Assembly (NCBI GenBank): GCA_051362555.1
Contig: CM120644.1
Location: forward strand, 1,868,954-1,932,953
From: Lingula anatina
Taxonomy: Eukaryota > Animalia > Brachiopoda
Direction of reading: 5' to 3'
DNA: 64,000 nucleotides
The notes beneath the pieces are model-generated. The model ran no database searches. It was not told where the DNA came from and worked only from the letters and a program-made list of their open reading frames with translations. The stretch's first letter is position 1. Each line of letters begins with the position of its first letter. The translations under genes were made by a program, and so were the position numbers. Below, one piece after another: positions 21,031 through 35,475 of this stretch.

Positions 21031-24000
21031 ATGTGGAAGTCAATCGTTGAAAACCCAAGGTATCGTATTTTTCCGTCTGTCTGTTTGTCTGTCTGTCTGT
21101 CGGTCTGTCTGTCGGTTGGTTCAATTGTTTACCTACTAAGAATCGATGTTTGGAGTAAACTACACATTACTCTTTTTCACCTCTGTATCCAGCGATGCCA
21201 CGCCTCCAAACGAACCGTTAAAGAACAGTTACATCCACGGGGCCAGCAGCGAGCCTCTAGTGGGACGCACGGTGTGGGAATGCCTGCAGGAAGCGGCCAG
21301 GGAAAAGCCGGACAGGGTAGCCATCAGGTTGCCGCAGTTTGGCCAGGATCTCACCTATAAAATGATATGTGACAAGGTGAGTTGAGGTGGTAGAAGGTTG
21401 TTAGCGGTCTAAATGTACGATTTCGGGGGGCGGGGTGTGTGAAATGACAGTCGAATATGGTAATGAAGTTAATTAAACTGCAGTTATGAGAATGGATGTG
21501 AAGTTAATGTTGGACATAGAAGAAAATAAAGGAAATGCACCAAATGCCCGTAAAAACAGAAAGAAAAAACAGCATTCTCCCACCAGTATTTCGCTCCCTT
21601 TTCCTTCAAAGCAGCGGGCAGCTCATTTGACGCCAACATATGATATAACTGACCATCTGATTCCACGGGAGATTAGTCAGCGTTAGTTCGACCCATTTTG
21701 ATAGATATTGAGATGAAAGGAATGCTGTTACCTTCAGGCTTCTACATTTTTTTGCAGAAGGAAGATAAGTGTGGTTTAAGTAGTAGATATCTATTGTAAT
21801 TTTCTTCAGAGTTAATTTAGTTTTTAAATTGCCACCCTGGGGCAAGTTTGCACGCCCCGAGGGGGAAGTTGACTCACATACTAAAATCCAAAAGAACAAT
21901 ATCATTTTATTCATTTTTATGCATTTTACTCGATAAACTGAGTGACAGAAACAACTGAAAACTTCTTAAGGCCGGTGATAGGGTCAAATACGCTTAAAAT
22001 CAGGTTTTTGAGTTTTTTGTGTGTTTATATTAATCAAAAAAGTATCTAACGTTGGATGTTATAATTTTTATGAATTTGCATCGCAAAATGTGTCTTTTAA
22101 TGAGTTTTTCAACCGGCACGCGCCCCAGTCAGGCTGACAACTAAGCCACGCCTCTGTTACTAAGGGCCGTTGCCATGAGGGGGGTCGGAGCACAGTTAAT
22201 GAGTTATAAGCCGATTACGTGTGCGGTAATAGGTCATAAGTCTTACATCAGCTTAGCAGCTAGTACACTTAGTCTAGCTAGTACACTATGGGGAAGAGAA
22301 AAGTTCGTGTTAAAAGTCCATTTCCAGAGGAAAGAAAGAAAATTTTGAAAGAGAGTAGGGACTATGCGTGGCGGTTGGGGAAAACCGGCCCTATTTGTTC
22401 AGTCGGATAACTGATTTCTGTATACCTAATAAATGGGTGAAAGAGTTAATCGAATCGCCTAAATTAATTGACAAATGAAAGAAAAATCGATAAATAAATA
22501 AAAAAAAACGCTAAAAAGGATACTTTTAGCCTACCTCTTAATTTTTGCGATATATATCGGCGAGCGTATCTGCGACACGTTACGAAACCGGAAATGATTG
22601 TTGGTCGCCGTTTGCAAAAGGTAAATTTAATGTTGACAAAATAAGATTTTATTCTCAAAGATATGATATCATGGAGCTTGAGAGACACGCGAAAAATTGT
22701 GATGTGAATGGCCAAACGAGAGAAATCCAAGCAAGGGTTGACAGCACGATTAAAACAATAAAAATAAAAACGCATGTTAGCGGCTTTGCATTTTGCGATG
22801 TTTGGAGAAAAACAATTTCAAAATCACTGATCAAGCGGGAAGAAAGAGTTCAAAATGTATCCAAAAATGAAAATCACAAAAAGACCCCGAAAATAGTCAA
22901 GACTAGCAGGTAAAAAGCAAATAGGGTCTTAGTGTCATGTGTGTAAAAATAAAATATTTATTCAAAAGCCTTCTCTCAGCCACTTTTACCGCTGAATCTT
23001 GTGCAGCTGAGCGTCTCCCCTTTATCTTAGCTGGCATTTTGAGAGAGACCGCTCTGAAGTAATCACTGGATTTTTCCGTTGATCTGACGATTACCAAGTG
23101 CCGTGCAAAATAATCCTGCAGCGTTACCCGTCAAAAAACTCTTATTAACACAAGTGACGGCCACTTGCTCTCGACAGACAGTTTTATCTGATCACTTTGC
23201 CGATAACAAAGAAGTAATCTCTCAGGTAAAATAACTCGTTTGCTGAGGAAGAGCCATTGAAACGTTCAAATGCAACTTCACACCTCTTAAATGCGGTTAA
23301 ACTTAATCGCCTTTGTTAGCGCTTCCTTCTACATATCCTTGACACCCTACTGGGCATCACTAGGCTAGGGTCCTCTCCAGAGCTGTCAATCAAAATGGCG
23401 GCACGCTTACATGCCTAACGAGTGGTCGGAAAATGTAACAAAAGCACGATTTTCTGCCCCTTCAAAGCACCCAAACAAAATATTTTTAGATGACAATAAG
23501 CAATGGTTCCATCTGATCGTATAACCGATAACAGGTAAATTTGCCAGCTAAGCATTTGACTAATAAGCCTTGTTAACCAACCTGTGAACGTTTTTGGCTG
23601 TTTTAACAGCTTTCTATATTGACGAGATAAGTGAATCGCTGCCAAGTATATCTCACTATCTGAGCAACCGATCGTTACAAAAGTTGCACCTATTGTTTTT
23701 AGGAATGTGGACTACAGCATGATATCAGGGGTTTAAGAGGAAATTGTTTGTTTGAAAGTTATCGCCTTTTGAAGTGAATAACCCATTGAAATATGGGCTG
23801 ATTTAACGTAAAAGATGATAAAATCAAAAGTAAATAGTTTAAGACAATTCCCTGGTACCCCGCTGTAGTGCTTTCACCCAGCTTTATGAGGCCTTTTGAA
23901 TCACTTGAATAGCTGTCTTGGTTATAGAGAAAATCCCAATACCGAAAACGGCATTTTTCCCCTCAAATTGGCGCCAGAGCGTCATCCGTTGGACACTTCA

Positions 24001-27000
24001 CTTAATCCCCGTCTTTAATTGGCCTTTTGGGAAGTTTGTTTTAATTTTTTATAAAAACTTATAAGCCCAGGGCTTTGTTTCTATGACTTTGGTCCTTTTA
24101 CTATAAGTGGCCTTAAAATAAAACCGAATTTAACAACAATAACCAAACAAATACACGACCAGTAAAAAAAATCTATCTCATCTACCTCTGGTTATTCGGA
24201 CAGAGATTTAGTAATTACACACACTGGACAATAGAAGTGTCACCCCTACTGAACCAATACTATGGGGGAGATAAATGACTGTGGAATGATATGCTCCTGG
24301 TATCATTTTATTAACATCAAATTTCACAAAAAATCACAAAATGAGAACAAAATATACATGCTACCAAAATATGCAGTTTCAAGTCCAAAATTAGTACTTA
24401 GTGGCATAGCCACGTGACCTAATAATAGGTGCCAGTCTACGAGGCAAGGATTCATATAATTGTCTGATGCGTTCAGGGCTTATGCTGGCCCAAGCATGAA
24501 ACACTGAACATAACAGAGTTTCTCTGCTGGTTAGACGGGCATTTGTCAAATGTTTTGACATAGCATTCCACACATTTTCTATTGTGTTTGCATCCGGACT
24601 ATGGGCAGGCCACATCACCTTGCGAATGTCCTGTTGGTCAAACCAATCATCAACTGCTCTGGGCCTGTGACAAGGAGCATTGTCATCCTGGTGAACAAAT
24701 GGATAATTCCTGTCACTAAACATGTTAGTAATAGATGGTAGCAAGTCTGACTCCAAAACATCGATATATTTCTAGTGATTCATGTTTCCATTAACCACTA
24801 TCAATTCGCCCACGCCACGGATGCTGATGCAGCCCCACACCATGATGAATATGCTGCTCCGGGTTCGAAAATTCAGTGCATGTGGTTCAAATGCTTTACC
24901 AGCAGTTCGCCAGCATCGTACCCGTCTGTCATCAGAGGTCAGACCAAAGCGACACTCATCAGAAAAAAATATAAAGGACCAATTGTCATGGACTGTCCAG
25001 TTCCAGATCCTGTTGACCCTAGTTCACTCTACGTTGCCTGTTTTGTAACGATATAAGAGGTTTCAGTCTTGCTACCCTGCTGTAAACTCTCTGAGCATGT
25101 AACCGACACCGAGCAATTTTCACAGACACATTCTTATGCGAGAAATTGTTCCACTGTGTTATCAACTGACAAGCAGTTTCGAACTTTGACAACCTGGACA
25201 TCAAAATCAGTCGTCGGTCTTCACGGCCAGTAGTTTTTCTTGGACGACCCACCAGAGGCAATTTGTCTCTTGATCCAGTGTTTCTATACCGAGACCAGAC
25301 CCTCTGCACGGTTCTGACTGAACAATTCAATTGTATCGATATTCTGACATTGCTCATATTCCGTCTCTTCAGGATAATAACTTGACGCCTATAATCCGTT
25401 AGATAATTGCCTGTATCTTGCCATATTGGAGGAAGACAGGAATAAAATTTGCTGTACATGCACAAGACCAACAATACAATTCCATGGTATAGCGCTTTTA
25501 TACTCATTAGTCACATTATAAGTAGACCAGGCATTATAACTACCCAAGATCTGCCTACTTTTATTACTCTGATTTAGGGGGTGACACTTCTATTGTCCAG
25601 TGTGTGTACATAAGAATGAAAGTGTTGTGTTCTCTATTCTCCATCAGAGTCACCGTTGTTATACACACACACACACGCACATACGCACGCACGTCCAAGG
25701 TTTTGAAAAAGGGTCGTTTTACGACCATGGCAAGTATTACGGACGCTGCCTAGCTGGTCTCTGAGTTTTTAATACACAATAGCCTCAATAGGTACTGACA
25801 GGTACTGAAATCATAATCGGAATAATTGATACATGCATACTTATGGTTTTCAGAGCACAGAACTCGCCAAAGGACTGCTGGCACTAGGGTTGAAGAAGGG
25901 AGATTTTCTCACCATTACAAGTGTTACGGACGCTTCATATGTATATATGGTATATGCTGCAGCACAAATTGGCGTTGTCATAAACGCGGTAATTACGTTA
26001 TATTCTCAAATTATATGTAATTTTAGAAGCAAAAACAAAAAGCATAGAAAATTATATTCAAATTCATTTTCAAAGAAATTACAAAAGTATGACAGTTGTT
26101 TCTGTTCTCATGTTAAAGCTCCTCTGTCGATCCATTGGTTTCCATTGAAACAAAAATAGGGAAACAGTAGAGCCTGCAGGTCTTTAAAACAACAAATGAA
26201 ATAGAACACGTGTGTCATACATTCATCTTATCACGTTAGATCTGCCGAGGTGACCTTATGTTCCAAAATAATACACCAACGTTATACATCGATGCAAATT
26301 CATGTCTTTTCATTTTAGCCGGCGTATGCGTACCGACCACGTTCAAAATTCCTAGACATAGCTCTTAATCAAGTATGTATAGCGACAAAATTTGTTAAAA
26401 CGTAAATTCCAATGAAAAGGTGTGTTATTCCAAAGCAATTGATATTTTAAAGGTTTTGAAAATGTTTAAAATGTTTGTCAAAAACTGAGAATTTCTGATA
26501 TGAATGATTCTGACACTATAGTCTGAGACAGTCAAAATTGTATTTTTGTTGAGTTAAAGTATAAAATTGGAAAAAAAGGCATTTGTCAAGGTACCCATGG
26601 CATCGATTTCTTTTTTCAGTTAAAGTCCAAAACACTGGTGATAATAGAGAATCAGGACGGAGAAAATGTCGCTGCTTTGAAGGAACTTATACCAGACTTG
26701 GAGACATTTGGTGGAAGAAACATACAGTCTGAGAGGTAGAACCTGGGGTGTAGTCTTATCCCAGCTGTGACGGTTAAACGTAGCACCCTGCTGTTATAAC
26801 AGGCAATGTGGACGTGAATTCTAATCACTCCACACTCTAACCACCACGCTCCTGTACATCTGGTATTAAGGAAACCAGATTGTCTCGATCTCTATGGCGA
26901 GCTGATTGCTGTGATAAGCAGTCTAGTTGCACCAAGTCAATGTGTCACATCTGATCCGAAAAATGCCTTATCTCGTGTCAAAGTAATTGCAAATCGGTGG

Positions 27001-30000
27001 CAAATAGGGAAACCAAAAGGGTGTACAGGTGCTCCTGGGCCTCTTCCTGAACTCTACTTGACCTCTTCCTGACCTCTGTCTGACCTTTTCTTGACCTCTT
27101 TCTGACCTCTGTCTGACCTCTGCCAGAAATCTGTCTGACCCCCTTTCAATAACTGTATCCTTAGAGGCACAATTAGAAGCGCAATTGTAGACGCGACACA
27201 TACTTGTAATATTCCCGCAAGAAAACGCAGTAGATACTCCAGCGCAGTAGACTACTGCACTCATACTGCAAACCGCAGTAGACTACTGCAATCATACTGC
27301 AAACATGCTTCAAATCTGCTTCGATTTGGGAGCTAATTAGCATAATTGAAACATGCTTCTATCATGCTGTTAATCTACTGCGTTAATGCTCCTCTCTTTA
27401 CAAACCTATGTACTTTTTGGAGTAGAATTGCAGTAGGCTATGCTGCATTTCTACTGCATATATGCTCCACACCACTACTGCGTTAATGCTTTTTTGCTAC
27501 TTCGATACTACTGCATTTTCGTGCGGGATTGACTTACGAAGTTCTAAAGTTGCTTGCTAATTCAGTTTCTAATTACCATGTTTTGAACATCATCGGTACT
27601 TTTAAGTACTTTTAAGTATTCAACTCAAGTGTATTTATTTCAGGGTACCCCACCTTAAGAATATCATTATTCCAAATGTGTCGAAAGCAGCTTACGGGTG
27701 AGCGCCATCTTTATCTTTGTTTATCCTGCTGTTCAATTATAAACTTATATACGTGTAGTAGACACATTATAGGCATACTGAGAAAGTTTATAATTACTTA
27801 TATCCCAGAGAAACAACCATGACAGATGTCAAGACAAAAGTACTAAAAATTAATATATTTCAAGAAGATCTTTAAGACCGACCTTTTGATATAAATTTCA
27901 ATAAAATAATTTAAGATAAATCTGTAGCTGTCTAGTTAAATAACTTACTAGTTAAATACTGTGTTCCTCGGCGTTTTGTTACATGGGCAGATTTATCTCA
28001 TTTTGTGGACTGCTGATGTCTGACTTTTGATTAAAGAAATCTGCTATCGAAAATGGAAGTCTAAATTTTTCAGCCTGTCCTTCGAAGATGTCACAAAGCT
28101 TGGTAAAGATATTTCAGAGGACGTCATCCAAGCAGCCAGAGATGCTTTCACTGGGGATGATCCTATAAACACGGGACTCTCCTCGGTACGAAACGAACCG
28201 CTTTTAAATAAATTTTCTAAAACATGGTAGAGAATGAGTTTATCAAAAAAAAAAAAAAAATAATAATAATAATTTAGATACTTTCTCGCACGGAGATCAT
28301 TGGAGTGGAAATGTTTACTTGATTGAACGTACTGCTGTCTGTGGAAAACATCACATTAACACCGTTAACCATCCTTTTTGACTCCAGGGCAGCACCGGCG
28401 TTCCTAAATGTTCCGTCAATAGTCATTTTAAGGCGGTCAACTTGCTCAAGTTTTCCTTACTACGATACGCTGACTATAAGAAGGTAATAAAGACCATTTT
28501 CAAATAATGTAATTCCTGTATCGTGAAATCTTTAGAAAACTAGAAAAAATGTAACCTTCTATCCTATGACATTTCTTACAAGGACTTTCAAATGCAACTA
28601 TATAATTCCTGTAGTATATGTTACAGTAATTAACGCTTTTTGTCAAACGATAGTACTTGACTTTGCTTTATACGACAAAATACAACCAGTTTTACAACGG
28701 AACTCCTCTGGTCATCTTGGTGAACAATGGATGACCCAACAGAAATATCAGATCCAATTAGCTCTCAGATGTTGGAAATCCTCTTGTTTTCTGATAGACT
28801 TATAGTGTTCAGCAATCTACCTATTGATCTATAGGCTAATCTATTGATTTATCTGTTGATCTATCTGTACTAGCTATTGATCTATTTATCTATCTATTGT
28901 GATACCAGCCGGTGGTAGTTGGAGTGGGTAATCCCGTTAACGACGAACTGGTAGCAGATTACGTCTACTGGGTCAGTGTAGAGTATGAGAAAGACATCCA
29001 GCTTGTGATATTACCGTCCACACTATGGGACGTAGAATTCCAGGGGGAGAACGAAGATGAGGGCTACCACATGGAGGATTTGTACAAATCAATACAAGAG
29101 TGCAGGTATGTTGTATTGGGTTACCCAGCAGACAAACGACATTGATTCACCGTTGAATCAAGTTTAATTTTGGTGGATCAACGTTGAATCAACGTAGAAT
29201 CATTGTCGTTTGCCTGCTGGGTAGTCACTTTAAGCCCCTGTGACATTGGGCTTGTCACCTCTTGGAGAACAAATTTGAACCCGCTCTTACAAATGTGTAA
29301 TATGACAATCTGTAATAGTACATTAACACTGATAATGTACATGTACGTACGACTTTGATTTTGAAGGCGACTATCATATTTTGTCAAAACTCCAACTTTA
29401 AAGGAATTGGTAATGGGCAAACTTTGTCGTCCAAAGCGTCGCAAACCCAGTGTAACAGGAGTTTTGTTGTTTTGAAACGAGGTTAGAGACTTTCGAAGGT
29501 TTAAATTATTTGGGCAACATCCGGTTAAGTTAGACGTCACGGTTCACACGTACATGTATGGTGTATAATCTGGGTTCTCGTTTTAAGTTTTCTTTTAAGT
29601 AAAAAACGTAATTCGTTTTTTTAATAATGAAATATTGATTATGGATACTAGCCAAATTAAAACATTTGTAGATATTTTTGTTGTTCTAGGAGGAAAACAG
29701 CGGTTGTATTTTTTGACGTGGTCTGTGCAGACGTTCTTATAAATGTTACCACGCTTTGTGACGTTCAAAACCAACTGGCGAACGAATTTTCTCCCGGACA
29801 ACATTAAATCTCGATTCCTTCTTTAAATCGTTCGTTTCCAAGTGCGCCTCTAATTGAAATTTTGAAATTTTCAATTTTTCAAGCCCAATGCAAAATTTGA
29901 TTTTAGTTAAATATATTTCAATGGAATTCACTTAAGAAGCACGAGCTTTTAATGTCAATGGTACTTCATTAAATTCATTCATTAAAACATAATCTCCACT

Positions 30001-31163
30001 TTTTCAGGATCACCCACATGGAGCTGTACCCGACATTTCTGATGAAGGGTCTGGAGCTTGATGCCGAGATTGTCCAGAAATACGACACGTCTTCTGTTAA
30101 ACGAGGTACATTTCTTCTTCGATAAATTTGTACTTATTTGATAAAACATTTCAGATTTACTAGAGGAAAAATAATAAATATAATGATAAAAATGATAAAA
30201 TAAAAAAGCGTACCTTGTAGTAGCTTATTATGAACATTAAAACCAGGGCTCACTTTATCACTTTAGATGCTGTGTAAATATATAAATGTACTCCTTCGGA
30301 ACTGAAAATAATCTAAAAACAATCTTACAGACAATTCTTGCACCGGACTCTTGTTTTAAGTTTGTCCTAGGCCATGTATACATCTTTTTTCTCTCCTCCA
30401 GCACCTGTGTGTACTATAGACCTGTTTGAATCAAGGATGTTTTTTTTTTGTCTTCTTTAGGTATTCTCACATCCACAGTGATCACGGAGAAACTGAGAGA
30501 GCGGTGCTCAAAACTAATCCCAGAATTTGTGGTAAGGTTTTGCCTTTCGATATCTTTAATTGAGCCATATAAGATATTCTAGGTGTTTCCATATTTAGGT
30601 TAGGGTTTGGTTGTTTCCTAAAGATTGTTATTAAGAATTTTCCAGTATCCTTTGATATAATACCAGTATGCTAACGTGTATCTTTAACCTTTAAAGGAAA
30701 TATAGAATTACACGATTTCTTCAACTGGTCCTCGATGTAAAAGGAAACAATGCAAACACACAAACACACAACTTTCAGAAACATTCTATAAATTATTATG
30801 ACCTTGAACACTATGAAACTACAGCTTGAATTATTTCATTTACATAGAGCAGAAGAGCACGGTGTTGTATATTTATTTTCCGACAAAAAAGCTTACAAAA
30901 AGTCGCACAACATGTTGCAAATGCGTTTTTCTTGTACTGTGAATGGGAATACAGCACTGCCAAGGGAATACATTGCTTGTTCTTGAAAGTAGAAAGTGGA
31001 TTGTTGGTTTTGAGCTGATGAACTTCATCACGTATAATTCACTCTTGGTGTTTTCAGGTCGCACTCGGCACTACAGAATACTGGAACATCAGCGCCACCT
31101 ATCCACTGGATGACGACTTTGACCGCCGGTACCGCGGTATAGGCTTTCCACCGCCACACACTG

Positions 31164-31221
<58 letters not shown>

Positions 31222-33507
31222 ATGAGAGAGAGAGGGAGACAGACAAAGGGAGTCTTGTCCAAAGCTTTCTAAGTTAATCAAACAAACTTCATTATAACTA
31301 TAGTTGTGTAAAATGATATTCCTTCTATATAGAGTTCAGTGACCCTGAAGATGACCATGAAGATTTTGCCTTCAATAAAGTTATTTCCTGGGCGTCTATT
31401 AGAAAAAACAATGTTACCAATATGTCAAAAAATCTTCAGCCATATTGGTTTCAATAAGCTGGTCTATTTCTTCGTATTACAGGTGAAAATAGTTGATGCA
31501 AACAACAAGATCGTTCCTCCAGGCGTGGAAGGGGAAATATGTGTGCGAGGGGTGTTCATGTTCAGTAGTTATTACGGTTCTGAAGACTTGTACAGGAAAG
31601 TGGTGTCTCCGTCTGGTTGGTACCACACTGGGTATGTTATGTGTTAAATGGGACAACGCGTTTAATGAGTTGAAACAGCACAATGGGTGAATGTGATAGT
31701 TGTGACAACACACTTGGTGAGTGTGATAGTTGTGACAACACACTTGGTGAGCGTGATGGTTGTGAAAAAACACTTGGTGAATGTGATAGTTGTGACAACA
31801 CATTGGTGAGTGTGATAATTGTGACAACACATTGGGTGAGTGTGATAGTTGTGAAAACACATTGGGTGAGTGTGATAGTTATGACAACACACTGGGAGGG
31901 AGTGATGTTTGTGACTTTGCAGTGTGAGGTTGTCAAATGTGTGACATATCGTAGTGCATAATATAACTGCAACTAACACCCTAAATATGTTTTAAAATGT
32001 TTATATGAACTTTGATGAAAGAAATAAGACAAGTGGGGTGTTTGCGAAGCGTGTGCTTATCCCGATCCAATTAATCATTTTCTATTCCACACCCCAGAGA
32101 CATTGGTACGATGAATGAATACGGGTTTATGTACTACACTGGACGGAAATTTCATGTACTCCATTTTTCTCGCTGGGGCGACAAGGTTTATCCTGCTGCT
32201 ATAGAGACTGCAGCAGCAAAACATCCTAAAATCAGTCTGGCACAGGTGAGAGAGAGAGAGAAAGAGAGAAAGAAAGGCCTGTAGGGGAACGGTTGTGGGG
32301 AAGTCTGGAGCACACTCTCTAAAACAACTCGACTAACTCCTTTTGGTATAAGCAACGTCATTAATACCCCTGTACGAAAATTTCCATTAATAATATGATA
32401 TCAGTACTTACAACTGTATGACTCACGACATATATTATAGAAATACACGCATGATCGGAAGAGTCGAGTGGTCGTTTACGAACGTTTGTGTTCTGAAACA
32501 GGACATTTTGTCATGAAACAGTGATAATCATAGCTATAATATAATCAAAGGAAAAAACGGCCCTGTTTCTGAAAATGCACGCACCTCTATATCGCTTACT
32601 GTTGTAATTGTTCTTGAAAGGTGCTCCCGACCATCACAAGGATGCTCATTATATCCATTGCCTCGGAAATCAATGACATATATCGACAAAAGGGCTCACT
32701 TTTCTGGGAACGGAACGCATATTTTATTATTATAATCATTATAATTATTTTTATTATGATAAAGATGATGAAGATGATGATGATGATGATGATGATAATG
32801 ATGATCTTTTTCCTTGGTTTAGGCAGTTGGGTTTAGAAAACCTGGCGAAGATGACCTTGATACCATCATTCTGTGTGTTATGTAAGTAACCGTATGAAGT
32901 GGATGTTCAATCTTTAAAATACGCGTACGTATCTAGCTGCAAAATCTGCCAAAATGATTAAGTACTACATGTACATGCATATCTATACAAACCTCTCGCG
33001 AAAATGCCGTTGACTATAGCCCCATTCAGAATAGCGGTCTTACTAGTCCGAAGTTCAAATATGGCGACCTACCACAAAGCTTGCCGTCTAATCCGCTAAT
33101 AAGCACTGAATAGATATCCCGTGGGGAAGTATTCAAGTGGGTCCGCCATATTTGACCCTCAGACCAATTAGTCCCCTATTCTGAATGGGCCTATGACAAG
33201 AGCTCTTCAGCGACTTATTTGACTCGTGAATTTATGACAACATTTGGATATCCATAGGTGCATTAGTAAGTTTAACATAATTTGACGGTTATCAACATAA
33301 AGTTATAGTTACTATACGAACTGTAGGGCCTACAATTATTTTGCCGCAGTCCATAAAGCAACCTTACATTTTACGCTGAGTCATTCCACACTCACCGTCC
33401 TGGTATCATTATAAACAAGATTGACAGTGTTGTAGTGTTTAATAGGACAGACATATTTGGAGGAATGACATCGAATGTTCGCGTGTGCGTGCGTGCTAAC
33501 GCGAGCA

Positions 33508-33545
<38 letters not shown>

Positions 33546-35280
33546 TGGGTGCGCTCAAATGTGTAAAAACGTATGTAAGAAGATGAATGAATGTGTGCGT
33601 GGGTGCCTGTGCGAAAAGGCATGCTTGATATATTTCTAAAACGTTTTCTCTTCTATTTCTCCAGACCTATCCAGGGCCAAAATATAACAGAAGGTGAGCT
33701 GCGATCTCATTGCAAGAGCGAGGTGAGTATGAGCCATGATGGTGGAAAATCCAGTGAGTTACGTAAAATCCAATGAATTATGACCTCAGTAAGAGTAAAA
33801 AAGCTGGTGATTTTGCGAGCACTTAAGAAACAAAAGGAGGCATGTCATTCAATTGTGCTGATTGCATTTAGCAAGAGTCCCCCACAGAGTTGGGTCTATC
33901 CTTGCACGTAGGTCGCTGGTGTCTTTATGACCTTTATGAGAAGGGGGTCTTAGTCTGTCCCTATGTTGATTATACTTTAAGAATCTTTAAACATCTAATG
34001 CACCGTACGTTTAGGAAAAAAAACCTGGATTAACTTTGAATGCAGGAATGGGGTCGTTGACCATTGGTAAGTACGTGAAAATTGTCGTTTTTTTCAGGAT
34101 AATCCAATTTTTGGCCAAAACGAAGAGTTATTATGACTTTAACGTATTTTAACGTTCTTATTTCTAAATCAAATTGGAATAGTTTAGCTCATGAATTTCT
34201 CCGTCACTGAAATGCTCCTTTTGTGTTTATTTATGTCATCATTCCATTATGACTGCAGCTGAGAACTCCTCATTTGCCCAATTATACCATCCACGTATTG
34301 TTGGCCAGTGATGCAACATCTAGCGTTATTCGGGCATAGTTGCGACGATTACTTTTTGTCTTGGTGCAACGGGCGTAAGCAGGGAGAGTAAACCTGGCGC
34401 ACGGACGTCAGGCGTTGCGGTTTAAGACAGTCGTAGCCGAGTAAATTTACGCCCTGTTGGTGCAACCGGGCCCAGATGCTTAACGTGGGATTGAACACTG
34501 TACGACACTGTATAATTTGTCGTGTTATCTGCCCATGTGGTGACGTCATTTAATTTCGGATCAAGTTAGGCTGGGTGTGAACACCCCATATTTGACGCCA
34601 CACTCATGATTCTTCTCTCCTGTTGTTTTTAACTGTTGGATTAAATGTGGCCGAACGTAATAAACAGATCGAAGAATAGGGACAAGTGAGAGGTAACGAT
34701 CGCCATATGACGTCATTTAGTCTATATATGGTTTGTGTTCGTGCTTTCTGCTTACTATACTATGGATATAACAGCCCGTAATTCCCCATTTCAGCTGTTG
34801 GATCACATGTGGCCGGACCACTATGTCGTTATGGAGACGTTCCCCAGGGTGGGGATCAGGCAGAAGGTGAGGCCAGAGAATGATGTTTAAAAGAGGCTGT
34901 GAGTTTTAGTTATTTAAAAAAAGTGTGCGTGTTTGTGTGTGTCAACTCGTCAAGAGTTTTTTCTCACCTTATTAATGCATGAATAAAAATTATTATTATT
35001 TAACCGTCATTTTGCTTGCCTAACGCCCATTTGCCACTTATATGTACAGTATATATATATATATATATGGTATTTGTGACCTTGGATGGTTTTTTCGTAA
35101 AGAATAAAGGGGCAATGGATCTGTTCACGTGAACTGTTATTATGTTATTATGTACGTCTTACATGTGTCAGAGTATCGATAATTCTCTTCCTTCAGGTCT
35201 CCAAAGAAGAACTCCTGAAAAGTGCCAAGAGTATCCTCCTGGATTCCGGTAAATTGAAGTTGAGTGAGATGAACCAGTGA
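21031..35280 (+). CDS. Acyl-CoA synthetase/AMP-binding enzyme (ACSF2-like) copy A, 18 exons, about 607 aa
   Basis: Exons 21031-21059, 21193-21376, 25854-25988, 26319-26372, 26620-26735, 27644-27697, 28074-28185, 28388-28483, 28909-29105, 30008-30105, 30461-30531, 31058-31165, 31483-31631, 32098-32245, 32823-32881, 33665-33722, 34795-34866 and 35197-35280 sum to 1824 nt in frame. Motifs [44 protein letters not shown]....QK. Confidence 0.88.
21970..24112. mobile_element. Kolobok-like non-autonomous element in intron 2 of copy A
   Basis: TTAA on both sides; imperfect TIR GGCCGGTGATAG / GGCCACTTATAG; absent from the equivalent intron of copies B and C. Confidence 0.55.
24218..25606 (-). mobile_element. 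Tc1/mariner element (1389 bp)
   Basis: 29-bp TIR CACACACTGGACAATAGAAGTGTCACCCC and TA TSD. Empty site GTAATTACATTAGAATG in paralogs (about 38810 and 63601). Confidence 0.95.
24391..25420 (-). pseudogene. Disrupted Tc1 DD34E transposase
   Basis: HTH and GRPRKTT in the 25019-25507 ORF; QDDNAPCH-...-SPDANTIENVW (D34E) and IIRSRGYATKY in the 24391-24756 ORF. The frame is broken between them. Confidence 0.85.
27214..27527. mobile_element. MITE with CCC termini and GCAGTAG/CTACTGC subterminal repeats (CACTA-like)
   Basis: CCCGCAAGAAAACGCAGTAG ... CTACTGCATTTTCGTGCGGG, flanked by ATT. Confidence 0.6.
29124..29221. mobile_element. ~100-bp palindromic MITE (CCCAGCAG termini)
   Basis: CCCAGCAGACAAACGACA ... 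TGTCGTTTGCCTGCTGGG with TA on both sides. Confidence 0.65.
31680..31900. repeat. 30-bp minisatellite in intron 13 of copy A
   Basis: GTGA(A/G)TGTGATAGTTGTGACAACACA(C)TTG, about 7 copies. Confidence 0.9.
33020..33193. mobile_element. Palindromic MITE; related copy at about 19158-19330, truncated copies at about 36285 and 59733
   Basis: CCCATTCAGAATAG ... CTATTCTGAATGGG; the core CTTGCCGTCTAATCCGCTAATA...GATATCCCGTGGGGAAGTATTCAAGTGGGTC is shared with 19215-19280. Confidence 0.7.
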
Positions 35281-35444
35281 AAACAGTGGCGACAAGACAG
35301 GCCTGGAATTGTCTCACATCCGGGACTTCTGACATTTGCGAGATTTCTCGCGAGACGAGATTGAAAGTTTCCAGTGACCAATATCGATTTGTGCTTATAT
35401 AAACAGAAAAGAAAAAAGGGATAATAATAATAATAATAATAATA

Positions 35445-35475
<31 letters not shown>

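Noticed and set aside
21146-21192. Apparent signal peptide MFGVNYTLLFFTSVSS on the ACS proteins
   Set aside because: It is the polypyrimidine tract of intron 1; the ATG is GTG in copies B and C, and a better exon 1 exists at 21031.
26740-26860. Possible minus-strand tRNA-derived SINE or tRNA
   Set aside because: Only a weak A-box-like match; no cloverleaf or B-box could be supported.
34867-34890. VRPENDV*/VRPEKVV* as the true C-terminus
   Set aside because: AAG|GTGAGG is a donor, and a conserved terminal exon (VSKEELL...) follows in all three copies with a 3' end in the window.
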